From contig CAZLGL010000001.1 in assembly GCA_964559315.1 (NCBI GenBank), positions 175,183-239,182 on the forward strand: 64,000 nucleotides of DNA, in the 5' to 3' direction. Source of the stretch: an uncultured Coxiellaceae bacterium. Lineage in GTDB: Bacteria; Pseudomonadota; Gammaproteobacteria; DASZBR01. Each line of letters opens with the position of its first letter. The stretch's first letter is position 1. The notes beneath the pieces are model-generated. The model saw only the letters and a program-made list of their open reading frames with translations, was not told where the DNA came from and ran no database searches. The position numbers and the translations under genes are program-made. Positions 46,623 through 54,977 of this stretch are shown here, piece after piece.

Positions 46623-48380
46623 TCATTTTCTACACGGCGAATATTGTTGATTCGGATTTCTCGGTAATTCTTCATAATAAATTTCACTTAACTCTTGAGA
46701 AATTTGTGCCGCTGTTGGACGAAGCAGCGCACCCTGTACCCAACTTTTTTCAATTAGTTTTGCTAAGCTAGAAGGTATACCCTCTGGAATTTTTTCCCGC
46801 CGCTGGTTGTTTCCCACCTCCATCATTATTCTAAAATTATTCCACCCTTCAAATGGTCTCTGGCGCGACATACATGACCATATTAATACTGCCAATGCAA
46901 AAACATCGTTGGGTGCACTATAACGAGTTTTCCCATCAGCCTCTGTCGGGGAAATAATTTCAGGCGCTATAAAAGCGGCTTTTCCCGCAAGTGGAGAGCT
47001 TGTCGAACAATGCGTATGCTCTGTTTGCAATTCTCGAGAAATTCCAAAATCAGCTATTACTGCTCTCCAATTATTATCCAACAAAATATTTTCTGGTGTT
47101 AAATCTAAATGTAATAAACCGCGCATATGTAAAAACGCAAGTCCGCAACTTACTTGAGCGGCATAACTTAATCTCAGCATAAATGACATATCCCAAACTT
47201 TTGGGAAATAGATGTAGTCACTTAAAGAACCATGAGGATAGAAATCCATCACCAGACAGAATGAACCACTATCATCTAAAGCATATCCGACTACGTTGAC
47301 AACATTAGGGTGACAAAGGGTTCCCAAAATATCGTATTCTTTCCGGATTGCCTCAACTAATGCTTCATTATTTTTTTGAAGTGGTAAAAGCATTTTTACA
47401 GCGACTTCTTTTGAGCTTTCACCTTCTCGCTGAAGTACTCCTTTATAAATTACTCCCATGCCTCCACTGGCAACTGGTTTATTATTTAATGTAATTTTTT
47501 TGAAATCAATCTGTGGCGGTTTAGATATCTCGCGTAAATTAAGTTCTGTTTGCTCTCCAATAACAGGAGCACTTGGTTGAGAATTTACACCTACACCATC
47601 ATGCAATACCGGAAGAGGTTCTGTTAGAGGGGGTGCGGATGGAAGACGAATAGATGGCGGTTCCCTAAATACTACAGTATTTACAATTTCCCCGGCTATC
47701 TTACTAAAATACCTATCGACTTCTTTACTTCCAGATAAATCCCCCAATTCCTCAGGAACTTGATTTTTATTATTTCGACTAAAATAAGATAATCCATTTT
47801 CAAATAAAAATTCGACTGCCTTCGCATGCCCACCTCTAGCGCTCAAATGCAAAGCAGTATTGCCTTCTACATCACGCGAACGCGTGCTTGCTCCTCTTGC
47901 CATAAACTTTTGCAATAATTCTACATCCCCTTTAGTCGCTGCAGTCAAAAACCCACTGCTTAAAAGCTGATTGCGCTTTAAAAGTTTTGTCATAGCTTGT
48001 ATTAAAGACCCATCTATTGGATTTTCATCCAAATTAAGATAGGTTAAGGCAGCACAACTTGATATAAGAGATATGAAAGCTTCCCCTCCATGGTGACCAA
48101 TTTTATTATCGTGTAAATCAATGTAAGTTAAAGCCGGACATTGCAGGAGATTAATCGCCAACGTTTGGCCACCCCCATCTGTGATATTATTACCACTTAG
48201 CACCAACTTTGATAAATCCTGCCATGCAGACATGTCTCGCGAAAAAGATACAACTAATCGGTCCCCTTCTTTACACGCCGAGGGATGACACCAGGTATCA
48301 CGCTCTCTTTTTAAATCAAGCTTTCTCATTTCTATCCATCGTCTTGTGTGCTCAGCCTTTTTAGCTTCCTCATCTTCCAT
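46623..48380 (-). CDS. Eukaryotic-like Ser/Thr protein kinase (585 aa) with N-terminal RI-type LRRs and ankyrin repeats.
   Basis: LRR segments: ITDGGGQTLAINLLQCPALTYIDLHDNKIGHHGGEAFISLISSCAALTYLNLDEN. ANK segment: GNTALHLSARGGHAKAVEFLFENG. Kinase subdomains: VAVKMLL...HPNVV...HLDLTPENILL...IADFGIS...APE. Confidence 0.75.
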   Translation of the reverse strand: MEDEEAKKAEHTRRWIEMRKLDLKRERDTWCHPSACKEGDRLVVSFSRDMSAWQDLSKLVLSGNNITDGGGQTLAINLLQCPALTYIDLHDNKIGHHGGEAFISLISSCAALTYLNLDENPIDGSLIQAMTKLLKRNQLLSSGFLTAATKGDVELLQKFMARGASTRSRDVEGNTALHLSARGGHAKAVEFLFENGLSYFSRNNKNQVPEELGDLSGSKEVDRYFSKIAGEIVNTVVFREPPSIRLPSAPPLTEPLPVLHDGVGVNSQPSAPVIGEQTELNLREISKPPQIDFKKITLNNKPVASGGMGVIYKGVLQREGESSKEVAVKMLLPLQKNNEALVEAIRKEYDILGTLCHPNVVNVVGYALDDSGSFCLVMDFYPHGSLSDYIYFPKVWDMSFMLRLSYAAQVSCGLAFLHMRGLLHLDLTPENILLDNNWRAVIADFGISRELQTEHTHCSTSSPLAGKAAFIAPEIISPTEADGKTRYSAPNDVFALAVLIWSCMSRQRPFEGWNNFRIMMEVGNNQRREKIPEGIPSSLAKLIEKSWVQGALLRPTAAQISQELSEIYYEELPRNPNQQYSPCRK

Positions 48381-48511
48381 ATCTTCCCTCCCAACCCCAA
48401 CACTTCACCCAAAGAAAATTTCGCAGTTAATATAGTGCTCAAGAAAAAAAGTTTTTGATTAACCAAAGAATTTTAACTTGGAATTAAAGGAAATTTTAGA
48501 ATAAAAAACTA

Positions 48512-50368
48512 TTATCGTGGTCTGACGCTCGACCTGGGAATGGGATTAGTATCAGACAAGGTTTCGCGATCATCATCAGACAGATTATCCTCTATTTCCC
48601 CCGCAGGCTTCAATGGACTTGAAGAATCTACTTTATTTTTAACCTCGGGTTTAAAAAGATCCTCACCATTAAATGAGAACCTCTCTTTTATTGAATGAAG
48701 TATTGGCCCTGCAAGCTCTTTTTTGACATAGCCTTTCACGAGATTAGTTATTTCCACTGCATTTTTAGACTTTCCAAAATCCATCTCCATATTTAAACCC
48801 TCTGGAGGAAAGACTTTCTCTGGTCCTTCTCTTTTTGCCGCTTCATAGTAGATCATAATCATAGCGATAAAGGTATCCGCGCACATTCTTGCCTGCGCTT
48901 CATCATCACCTTTCAAATTAACTTCGCCTCTAATTTCTCCATTTGGATAAATCTCAAGTGAGGAACCATCCTCTTTCACAAATGCACGCGAGTCTTCTGT
49001 TTTTTTATATATTGTATAACCATAAGGTTCAAACAGTTCTAACATAGGCTTTTCTAATCTATCAATGATGGAATAAAAGTTATCTTTCCCGAGCTCCCCT
49101 ATAGTAGAGCGAGGCATCATGGCAAGATGCTTATTTTCTTTTATAGAGGAAGAGGATGGATCAGCTGGCTTTTTATTTTCTTTCCGATCGGAAAGATCTT
49201 TTTTAGCTGATTCATCTGTATTTACTTTTACGTTCGAACCCTCGTTTACTTCCTGCACTGCATTTGCAATTAATAATTTTAACTCTTCATTGAGAAGAGG
49301 GTGTTTTAATTCAGGAAATGCACTACGTGCTAACTCACTGATTTCCTGGAATAATTCTTTCCCTCGCATTGAGCGCGAATTATTTTCATCTCCTAACTGA
49401 AAGTGTCTTTTAAGGTTTTTAATTTTTTTTAATTCTTTTTTTTCTTTAGGGGAAATAACGAAAATTTCTGCCATTTCTTGTTCTGATAAAAGGAAGGTTT
49501 TTTCGATAAAAGAATAATGCGCAACATTTTTAGAGTCCAGTTTAGGAATTTTTTGAATATGGGGTGAGGCGTTAGTTGAGTTGGTTGGTTTTTTTGCTTC
49601 GACTAGCAAGTTGTAATGAGAATATCCTTGCGTAAGAAGCAGGTGAATAATTTGTCCATCGCCTTCTTCTACGTGAGAATCCAGTATTTTAAGCGCGTTA
49701 GTAGTGTTGTCTTTTATCCAAATGTACACTGTAATTTTTTTCTCTTGAGCGAAAAGCAATGCGCTTTTGTAACCCAACCACAATTTATCGCGATACGCCT
49801 CTACGTACATTTTAAAAACATCTTCACTCTTGCAATATTCTTCTATCGCGTTTCGTCTTGCCTGGTAAAGTTGCTCGGGAAGATTAGGCTCTTGATATAA
49901 CTGATAAAGTTCTTCAAACCTATCCGTTCTTTGAAGCCGATTCGTTTCAAAAGCTTCAAAAATTTCTTGCCACACCTGAGCGCGCTTATCGTCAATAGGA
50001 GAAATTTGAAGCAATACATCTACTACACTGTTTCTACTTTGCCCCAGCGCAATAAAACCGCAGTCACCTTTATCATCCACTTTTTCTTCAGTGAAATACA
50101 CGAGCTTATCCGTATCGGAGATTTTTCCTTCCAGCACAGTTCCTGGCTCTTGCCTAACTGGTCCACTCTTCTTCTCATCCATGGCGGCCTCCACCTTAGT
50201 TCTACTTATCATTAAGTATAGTAAGGATTTTGAAGTTTGGAGGTTTGCTAAAAACTTACTAGAAAGCCGTCCCGACGGCATCTCAACATGACAAGCACCG
50301 CGGCGCCTTATCAAAATCGGCCGTTTGAAGCGGTAAGTCCCATTCGCAAAAAAAACATATGCGCGCAA
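48512..50368 (-). CDS. Protein (618 aa) with an N-terminal OTU-like cysteine-protease domain paralogous to the N-terminus of the 1213-aa protein.
   Basis: DKGDCGFIALGQS...VWQEIFEAFETNRLQRT...YVEAYRDKLWLGYKSALLFA...IIHLLLTQGYSHYNLL, compared with DCDRGFKVFG...LWREIYDAFETNAFTRT...YVEAYLGNLSLGWRSVFLYA...VIHLLLTSSYVHFERL. Confidence 0.6.
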   Translation of the reverse strand: MRAYVFFANGTYRFKRPILIRRRGACHVEMPSGRLSSKFLANLQTSKSLLYLMISRTKVEAAMDEKKSGPVRQEPGTVLEGKISDTDKLVYFTEEKVDDKGDCGFIALGQSRNSVVDVLLQISPIDDKRAQVWQEIFEAFETNRLQRTDRFEELYQLYQEPNLPEQLYQARRNAIEEYCKSEDVFKMYVEAYRDKLWLGYKSALLFAQEKKITVYIWIKDNTTNALKILDSHVEEGDGQIIHLLLTQGYSHYNLLVEAKKPTNSTNASPHIQKIPKLDSKNVAHYSFIEKTFLLSEQEMAEIFVISPKEKKELKKIKNLKRHFQLGDENNSRSMRGKELFQEISELARSAFPELKHPLLNEELKLLIANAVQEVNEGSNVKVNTDESAKKDLSDRKENKKPADPSSSSIKENKHLAMMPRSTIGELGKDNFYSIIDRLEKPMLELFEPYGYTIYKKTEDSRAFVKEDGSSLEIYPNGEIRGEVNLKGDDEAQARMCADTFIAMIMIYYEAAKREGPEKVFPPEGLNMEMDFGKSKNAVEITNLVKGYVKKELAGPILHSIKERFSFNGEDLFKPEVKNKVDSSSPLKPAGEIEDNLSDDDRETLSDTNPIPRSSVRPR

Positions 50369-50439
50369 CTAATCCTAGTTGCAAATACAGGCACAATTCA
50401 CTTTAATGGCGTGATTACTTTACTTCAAAGGATAATAAA

Positions 50440-52212
50440 ATGATTTTATCTACTATCGGGTTTACTTTAACTATTGGTATTTTTTATTGCATACTTATCC
50501 TACGTTACGACTTTAGTTTAAACGAAATTATTTGGTTGAAACGCGCCTCAAAAATTATTGGTATTTTATCAACCATTGTTTGTTGTTGGCTTATTATTCA
50601 ATCTTTTATTGGTATAAAAAATATTGTGTTACATAATAATATTTATGGTGTTCATTTTTTGAATCTTCTCTCTTATAAACTTAAAAACCTTGTTCCCACA
50701 CTCATCCCACTTTTTATTGTTAGTATTTTTTCAGGAATTTGTGGTTTATTACTTAAATTAAAACAAGGTATGCCCAGCAAAAAAACCAGCGGATGCTTTG
50801 GTTCTGCAGAGTGGGCAAATAAAAACGACTTAATTTCTTTAGGAGCTTATTCGCCTAAAACAGGCCTTTTCATTGGAACCGATGAAAAAGGTCAAAACTT
50901 ATATTTACCGCTGTGTAACAAATTAACAATCTCACCACCGGGTGGTGGTAAAACAACTTCATCAACAATCCCCGCACTTTTATCACACAATGGCCCTGTT
51001 TTTATCTTTGATATTAAAGGCGAACTCTGGGCAACAACAGCACGATATCGAGCAGAAACCTTCGGAAGACAACTTATTGTTATTGATCCTTATGGCGTAA
51101 CAGCAAGCAAAGATTTTACTAAAGACAAATCGGAGGTACTACGCAAAAAATACTACTTCAATCCATTCGATTGGGTACCTGAATTTCAAGGGGATAGAGA
51201 TAGAATGATTAACGCTTTTGCCTCTTCTTTCATCATCAATGAAGGCGGTTACTCAAATCACTTTGATGAAAACGCTAAAATCCTCATTCGTGGATACATT
51301 GATTTTATTATGAGCGCTAAATCTAAAGAAGAACGCACGCTTTCTACACTCTATGGTTTAATGTCGGAAGATGTGGCATCTGCAACTAATACTTTTAATC
51401 AAATGCTCACAAGCAGTGGTCGTGCCGAAGCTGCTGCTAACCAAATTAGCCGTGTAGGCAATGACGAAAAAGGCAGCATCCTTTCCACCAGTTATCGCCA
51501 AATTGACTGGATGAGCGACTACAACATTCAAGCAACTCTCTCGCACAGTAATTTTGATTTACGTGATTTTCTCAAAGGAAATATGGATATTTATATTGTT
51601 CTCCCCGAAGATCAAATCAAAGAACATAGCCGCTTAGTCAGAATGATGCTTTCTTTATTAATGAGTCTTATTGTGCAAGCAAACCCAAGCGAATTACCTA
51701 AGCAAAAAATATTATTTTTATTAGATGAGCTAGCACAGCTAGGATACTGTCCTGATGTAGAACAATGTATTGAAGTATTGCGCTCTCGTGGCGTCGTCGT
51801 ATGGACAGTTTTTCAATCGTTAAATCAAATTGAGCTATTTAAAAAACCGGATTTATTTAAGGGCGCGCCTTTAAAACAAATTTTTACGACTGATGACACT
51901 AAGACCATGCAGTGGATTCAAGCAATTGGCGGTAAAAAAACTGTTGTCACTCAAACAGTTTCTACGAATAAAGGAACTTCGAGACAAAGCAATAAAATTA
52001 TCGCTGGAGGAACGTCTTCTCAGGGAGAAAGTGAAAGTGCACATGAAACAGGTGTTGATTTAATACCATTAAATGAAATTCGGGAATTACCTAGCGACGA
52101 GCAGTTTATTTTTTTGCATGGTGCAAAACCGATTCGATGTAAAAAAATACGGTATTTCGAATGTAAAGAATTCAACGGGAAATATGACAAAAACCCTTTG
52201 GAATCCTGCTAA
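50440..52212 (+). CDS. traG: Type IV coupling protein (VirD4/TraG/TraD family).
   Basis: N-terminal TM helices, Walker A ISPPGGGKTTSST, Walker B-like ILFLLDELAQLG. Confidence 0.75.
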   Translation: MILSTIGFTLTIGIFYCILILRYDFSLNEIIWLKRASKIIGILSTIVCCWLIIQSFIGIKNIVLHNNIYGVHFLNLLSYKLKNLVPTLIPLFIVSIFSGICGLLLKLKQGMPSKKTSGCFGSAEWANKNDLISLGAYSPKTGLFIGTDEKGQNLYLPLCNKLTISPPGGGKTTSSTIPALLSHNGPVFIFDIKGELWATTARYRAETFGRQLIVIDPYGVTASKDFTKDKSEVLRKKYYFNPFDWVPEFQGDRDRMINAFASSFIINEGGYSNHFDENAKILIRGYIDFIMSAKSKEERTLSTLYGLMSEDVASATNTFNQMLTSSGRAEAAANQISRVGNDEKGSILSTSYRQIDWMSDYNIQATLSHSNFDLRDFLKGNMDIYIVLPEDQIKEHSRLVRMMLSLLMSLIVQANPSELPKQKILFLLDELAQLGYCPDVEQCIEVLRSRGVVVWTVFQSLNQIELFKKPDLFKGAPLKQIFTTDDTKTMQWIQAIGGKKTVVTQTVSTNKGTSRQSNKIIAGGTSSQGESESAHETGVDLIPLNEIRELPSDEQFIFLHGAKPIRCKKIRYFECKEFNGKYDKNPLESC

Positions 52213-52224
52213 AGACAATCTCAA

Positions 52225-52824
52225 TCAATTATTTTTTCTCGGACTCGTTTCGCCAGAAGAACTATTTGACAATGCTTGCGCTTTTCCCTCACTACCATGC
52301 TTGCTTCTTTTTGTTGGGGAAGCGTCATTAGAAGATAGATTGGATAAGTGCTTTTCTGTTCTTTCTTTTTGCCAAAATGAAACAGGTGACTCGCTACGAG
52401 GACGCTCTTGTGAGTGAAAACCCATATAATAGGAATAATCGTTGAGAAACTTTTTAACTTTTTCCAAATTTTCAGGATCAACTAATTCACACGACGCATA
52501 CTTACCCACTCTGAAATATTCATCAAAAGCTTCCTTAGAAACAATCCTAACATCAGAATAAGAAAGTTCTCGACGAAGCGCTTTAGATAAAGCATGCACA
52601 TTATTATCACTATCTAGAAGGACGTCCTCAGAAACATGAACACTGAAATAAAGAAAATGCTCCATTCCTCCCACGGTAGAATAAGTGAGACTCATCAGCG
52701 CTTCTTTCCCCAATATAGCGATAGCTAAGTCTTTTATAATTTCAAGTTCTTCACGGGTCGCAAGTTTGTTCAGGGCATGCCTGAAACCAACTTGGTCAAA
52801 AATTTCACCTTCTTCCTCACTCAT
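52225..52824 (-). CDS. Hypothetical protein (199 aa) with a Ser-rich C-terminus.
   Basis: ORF track. Confidence 0.4.
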   Translation of the reverse strand: MSEEEGEIFDQVGFRHALNKLATREELEIIKDLAIAILGKEALMSLTYSTVGGMEHFLYFSVHVSEDVLLDSDNNVHALSKALRRELSYSDVRIVSKEAFDEYFRVGKYASCELVDPENLEKVKKFLNDYSYYMGFHSQERPRSESPVSFWQKERTEKHLSNLSSNDASPTKRSKHGSEGKAQALSNSSSGETSPRKNN

Positions 52825-52919
52825 GAGAATTTTCTCCTCTCAAATATTTCAACATTCGTATTATAAAGGATTATAGCATGCTCTCTTTTTTAGTGCCCTG
52901 ACTTAATTTTTGGCGATCC

Positions 52920-54839
52920 TTATTTAGGTGACCTCATTCTTTTTTGTTCAGGCTCCTTTATTTCTTTGTCGCGGTTCCTATCATCTTCATATGGCTCTCT
53001 ATTTTGATAGGGGTCTCGATTGTCTTTGCCTTCCCCCCGGTCGTTATATCTGTCTCGAGTGTCCTCATCTCTTTTTTTGTAATGGTCTCTATCCCGGTCA
53101 TCTCGCTTTTTATCTTTCTTCCAATCTCGTTCATGGCTATCCCTGTCTCTCTTCTTGTCCTGATAGTGGGAGCGTTTGTCATCATCTTTTTCTTGGTAAG
53201 GGACTCTATCCTGCTCATCTCGCTTTTTATCTTTCTTCCAATCTCGTTCACCGCCCTCTCTGTCTTTCTTCTTGTCCTCAGAGCGGGGTCGCTTGTCATC
53301 ATACTTTTCTTTGTAATGGTCTCTGTCCCGGTCATCTCGCTTTTTATCTTTCTTCCAATCTCGTTCACCGTCCTCTCTGTCTTTCTTCTTGTCCTCAGAG
53401 CGAGGTCGCTTGTCATCATACTTTTCTTTGTAATGGTCTCTATCCCGGTCATCTCGCTTTTTATCTTTCTTCCAATCTCGTTCATGGCTATCCCTGTCTC
53501 TCTTCTTGTCCTGATAGTGGGAGCGTTTGTCATCATCTTTTTCTTGGTAAGGGACTCTATCCTGCTCATCTCGCTTTTTATCTTTCTTCCAATCTCGTTC
53601 ACCCCTATCCTTGGGTCTCTTATTGTCCTGGTCTGCCCTTCTGGAATCTCTGTTACCTTTCTCACCGTATGGAGGTATATCACCTCTTTCTCTCTTTCCT
53701 CGGATTTCTTTACTTTTATTACCCCCTGAAGCCTGTTTCTCTACTCGTGCCTCGACTTTTTTACTCCCCCCACTTTCATTCTGCTGTATGTCCTTAGGGG
53801 GCCTTTTTTTAATAATTTCCGGATCAAAACCTCGAGGAGAGTCTGGTTCATATTCTAAATCTGTTACTCCATACTTTTCTTTTAAATAAATATCTATTCG
53901 TGGGAATAATTTATTTACAAATTCATCATCATATTTATCATGTAGATTTTTTCTTAAGAACATGTGCATCTTTTGTATTGTGTGACTTTCGTACACATGT
54001 GCCACATGTTCTCGATGAACTATTTGCAACTTATCGAACACATCAATAATATTTTTTATATGCTCTCTGTCTTTATAAAATTCTTCGAATTCTTCAAATG
54101 TCAATTCTCTTCCTCCTTTTTTCACTTCATCTTTCTTATTCTCTGTGATTGTAAAAGCCTGATTGAAATTTCTGACGCCTGAACAACCCGCCAGATAAGC
54201 CATAGCGGAGGCTTCAGTTTCACCGAGGTCAAAGAAATACTTGGATTTCGCAAAAAAATATTTTATTTGCTTAAAAAGTTTTGTTACAAAGTCTTTTTCT
54301 TTTCCTAAACGTATCTGGTCATTCAGCAAAGACCCAATTTTTTTTTCATTCGTAAGACGTTGAAAATTTTTCTTGAAATTACTAACTAAAGTGGGGAGAA
54401 AAAAAGGTGCTTTCAAGTACTCAATAATAGATTTAATTATTTCGTCGGTATCCTTTTTATCCACACCGTGAAAAGCATCCGCTATTAAATTTCGCAACAA
54501 TGATAAATTATCAAAAAACTTTATTTCGGTAGATGTCAAACCTAATGAGGCTCGTATTCTTATTCCCTCCCTATCGTCTACTGGCCTCCTATCTTTAGAA
54601 GATTGTTCTTTTTTAGGGACCAATTTCATACCTTTTGCTAGATTACCTAGAGCGACTATTTTAAAAGCGCACTTATAGCGGACGAGAGTATCAGGCACAG
54701 GATTGTATACCTCTCGGCAAAGGGAATTAAAAGCGCTTAAAAATAGCTCAAATTCTTCTTTATAAGGAAAATCAGGATTAGTACGGATACGCTGAAAAAC
54801 AGCTTCAAGATCTAAACCCCCACTTGAAGGATCGTTCAT
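52920..54839 (-). CDS. Protein (639 aa) with a helical N-terminal domain and a C-terminal Arg/Asp/Lys/Glu-rich tandem-repeat tail (about 5 units of 39 aa).
   Basis: Repeat unit ERDWKKDKKRD(D/E)(R/Q)DR(D/V)(H/P)Y(K/Q)EK(Y/D)DDKR(P/S)...DKK(K/R)DR(E/D).... Confidence 0.55.
   Translation of the reverse strand: MNDPSSGGLDLEAVFQRIRTNPDFPYKEEFELFLSAFNSLCREVYNPVPDTLVRYKCAFKIVALGNLAKGMKLVPKKEQSSKDRRPVDDREGIRIRASLGLTSTEIKFFDNLSLLRNLIADAFHGVDKKDTDEIIKSIIEYLKAPFFLPTLVSNFKKNFQRLTNEKKIGSLLNDQIRLGKEKDFVTKLFKQIKYFFAKSKYFFDLGETEASAMAYLAGCSGVRNFNQAFTITENKKDEVKKGGRELTFEEFEEFYKDREHIKNIIDVFDKLQIVHREHVAHVYESHTIQKMHMFLRKNLHDKYDDEFVNKLFPRIDIYLKEKYGVTDLEYEPDSPRGFDPEIIKKRPPKDIQQNESGGSKKVEARVEKQASGGNKSKEIRGKRERGDIPPYGEKGNRDSRRADQDNKRPKDRGERDWKKDKKRDEQDRVPYQEKDDDKRSHYQDKKRDRDSHERDWKKDKKRDDRDRDHYKEKYDDKRPRSEDKKKDREDGERDWKKDKKRDDRDRDHYKEKYDDKRPRSEDKKKDREGGERDWKKDKKRDEQDRVPYQEKDDDKRSHYQDKKRDRDSHERDWKKDKKRDDRDRDHYKKRDEDTRDRYNDRGEGKDNRDPYQNREPYEDDRNRDKEIKEPEQKRMRSPK
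53040..53640. repeat. Tandem repeats of about 117 bp (about 5 copies) encoding the RD/K-rich tail.
   Basis: tctcgctttttatctttcttccaatctcgttca recurs at about 53101, 53218, 53335, 53451 and 53568. Confidence 0.8.
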
Positions 54840-54977
54840 GGCCGCCCCCTAGAATTAGTTTCTAAAACCTCTATACCTTATATTTATAGCTCATTTTTCA
54901 TAAAACGCAATTTTCACTCCCCTTTTTCTGACAGCCTCCGCACGCGAGAGGCGCTAGAAAGCCCCTTTTTATCCTGT

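Noticed and set aside
52928-53889. Long plus-strand ORFs (289 and 261 aa) and a 241-aa minus-strand alternative-frame ORF across the 117-bp tandem repeats.
   Set aside because: They are produced by the repeat periodicity in alternative frames of the RD-rich gene. The annotated frame is the only one continuous with a non-repetitive N-terminal domain.
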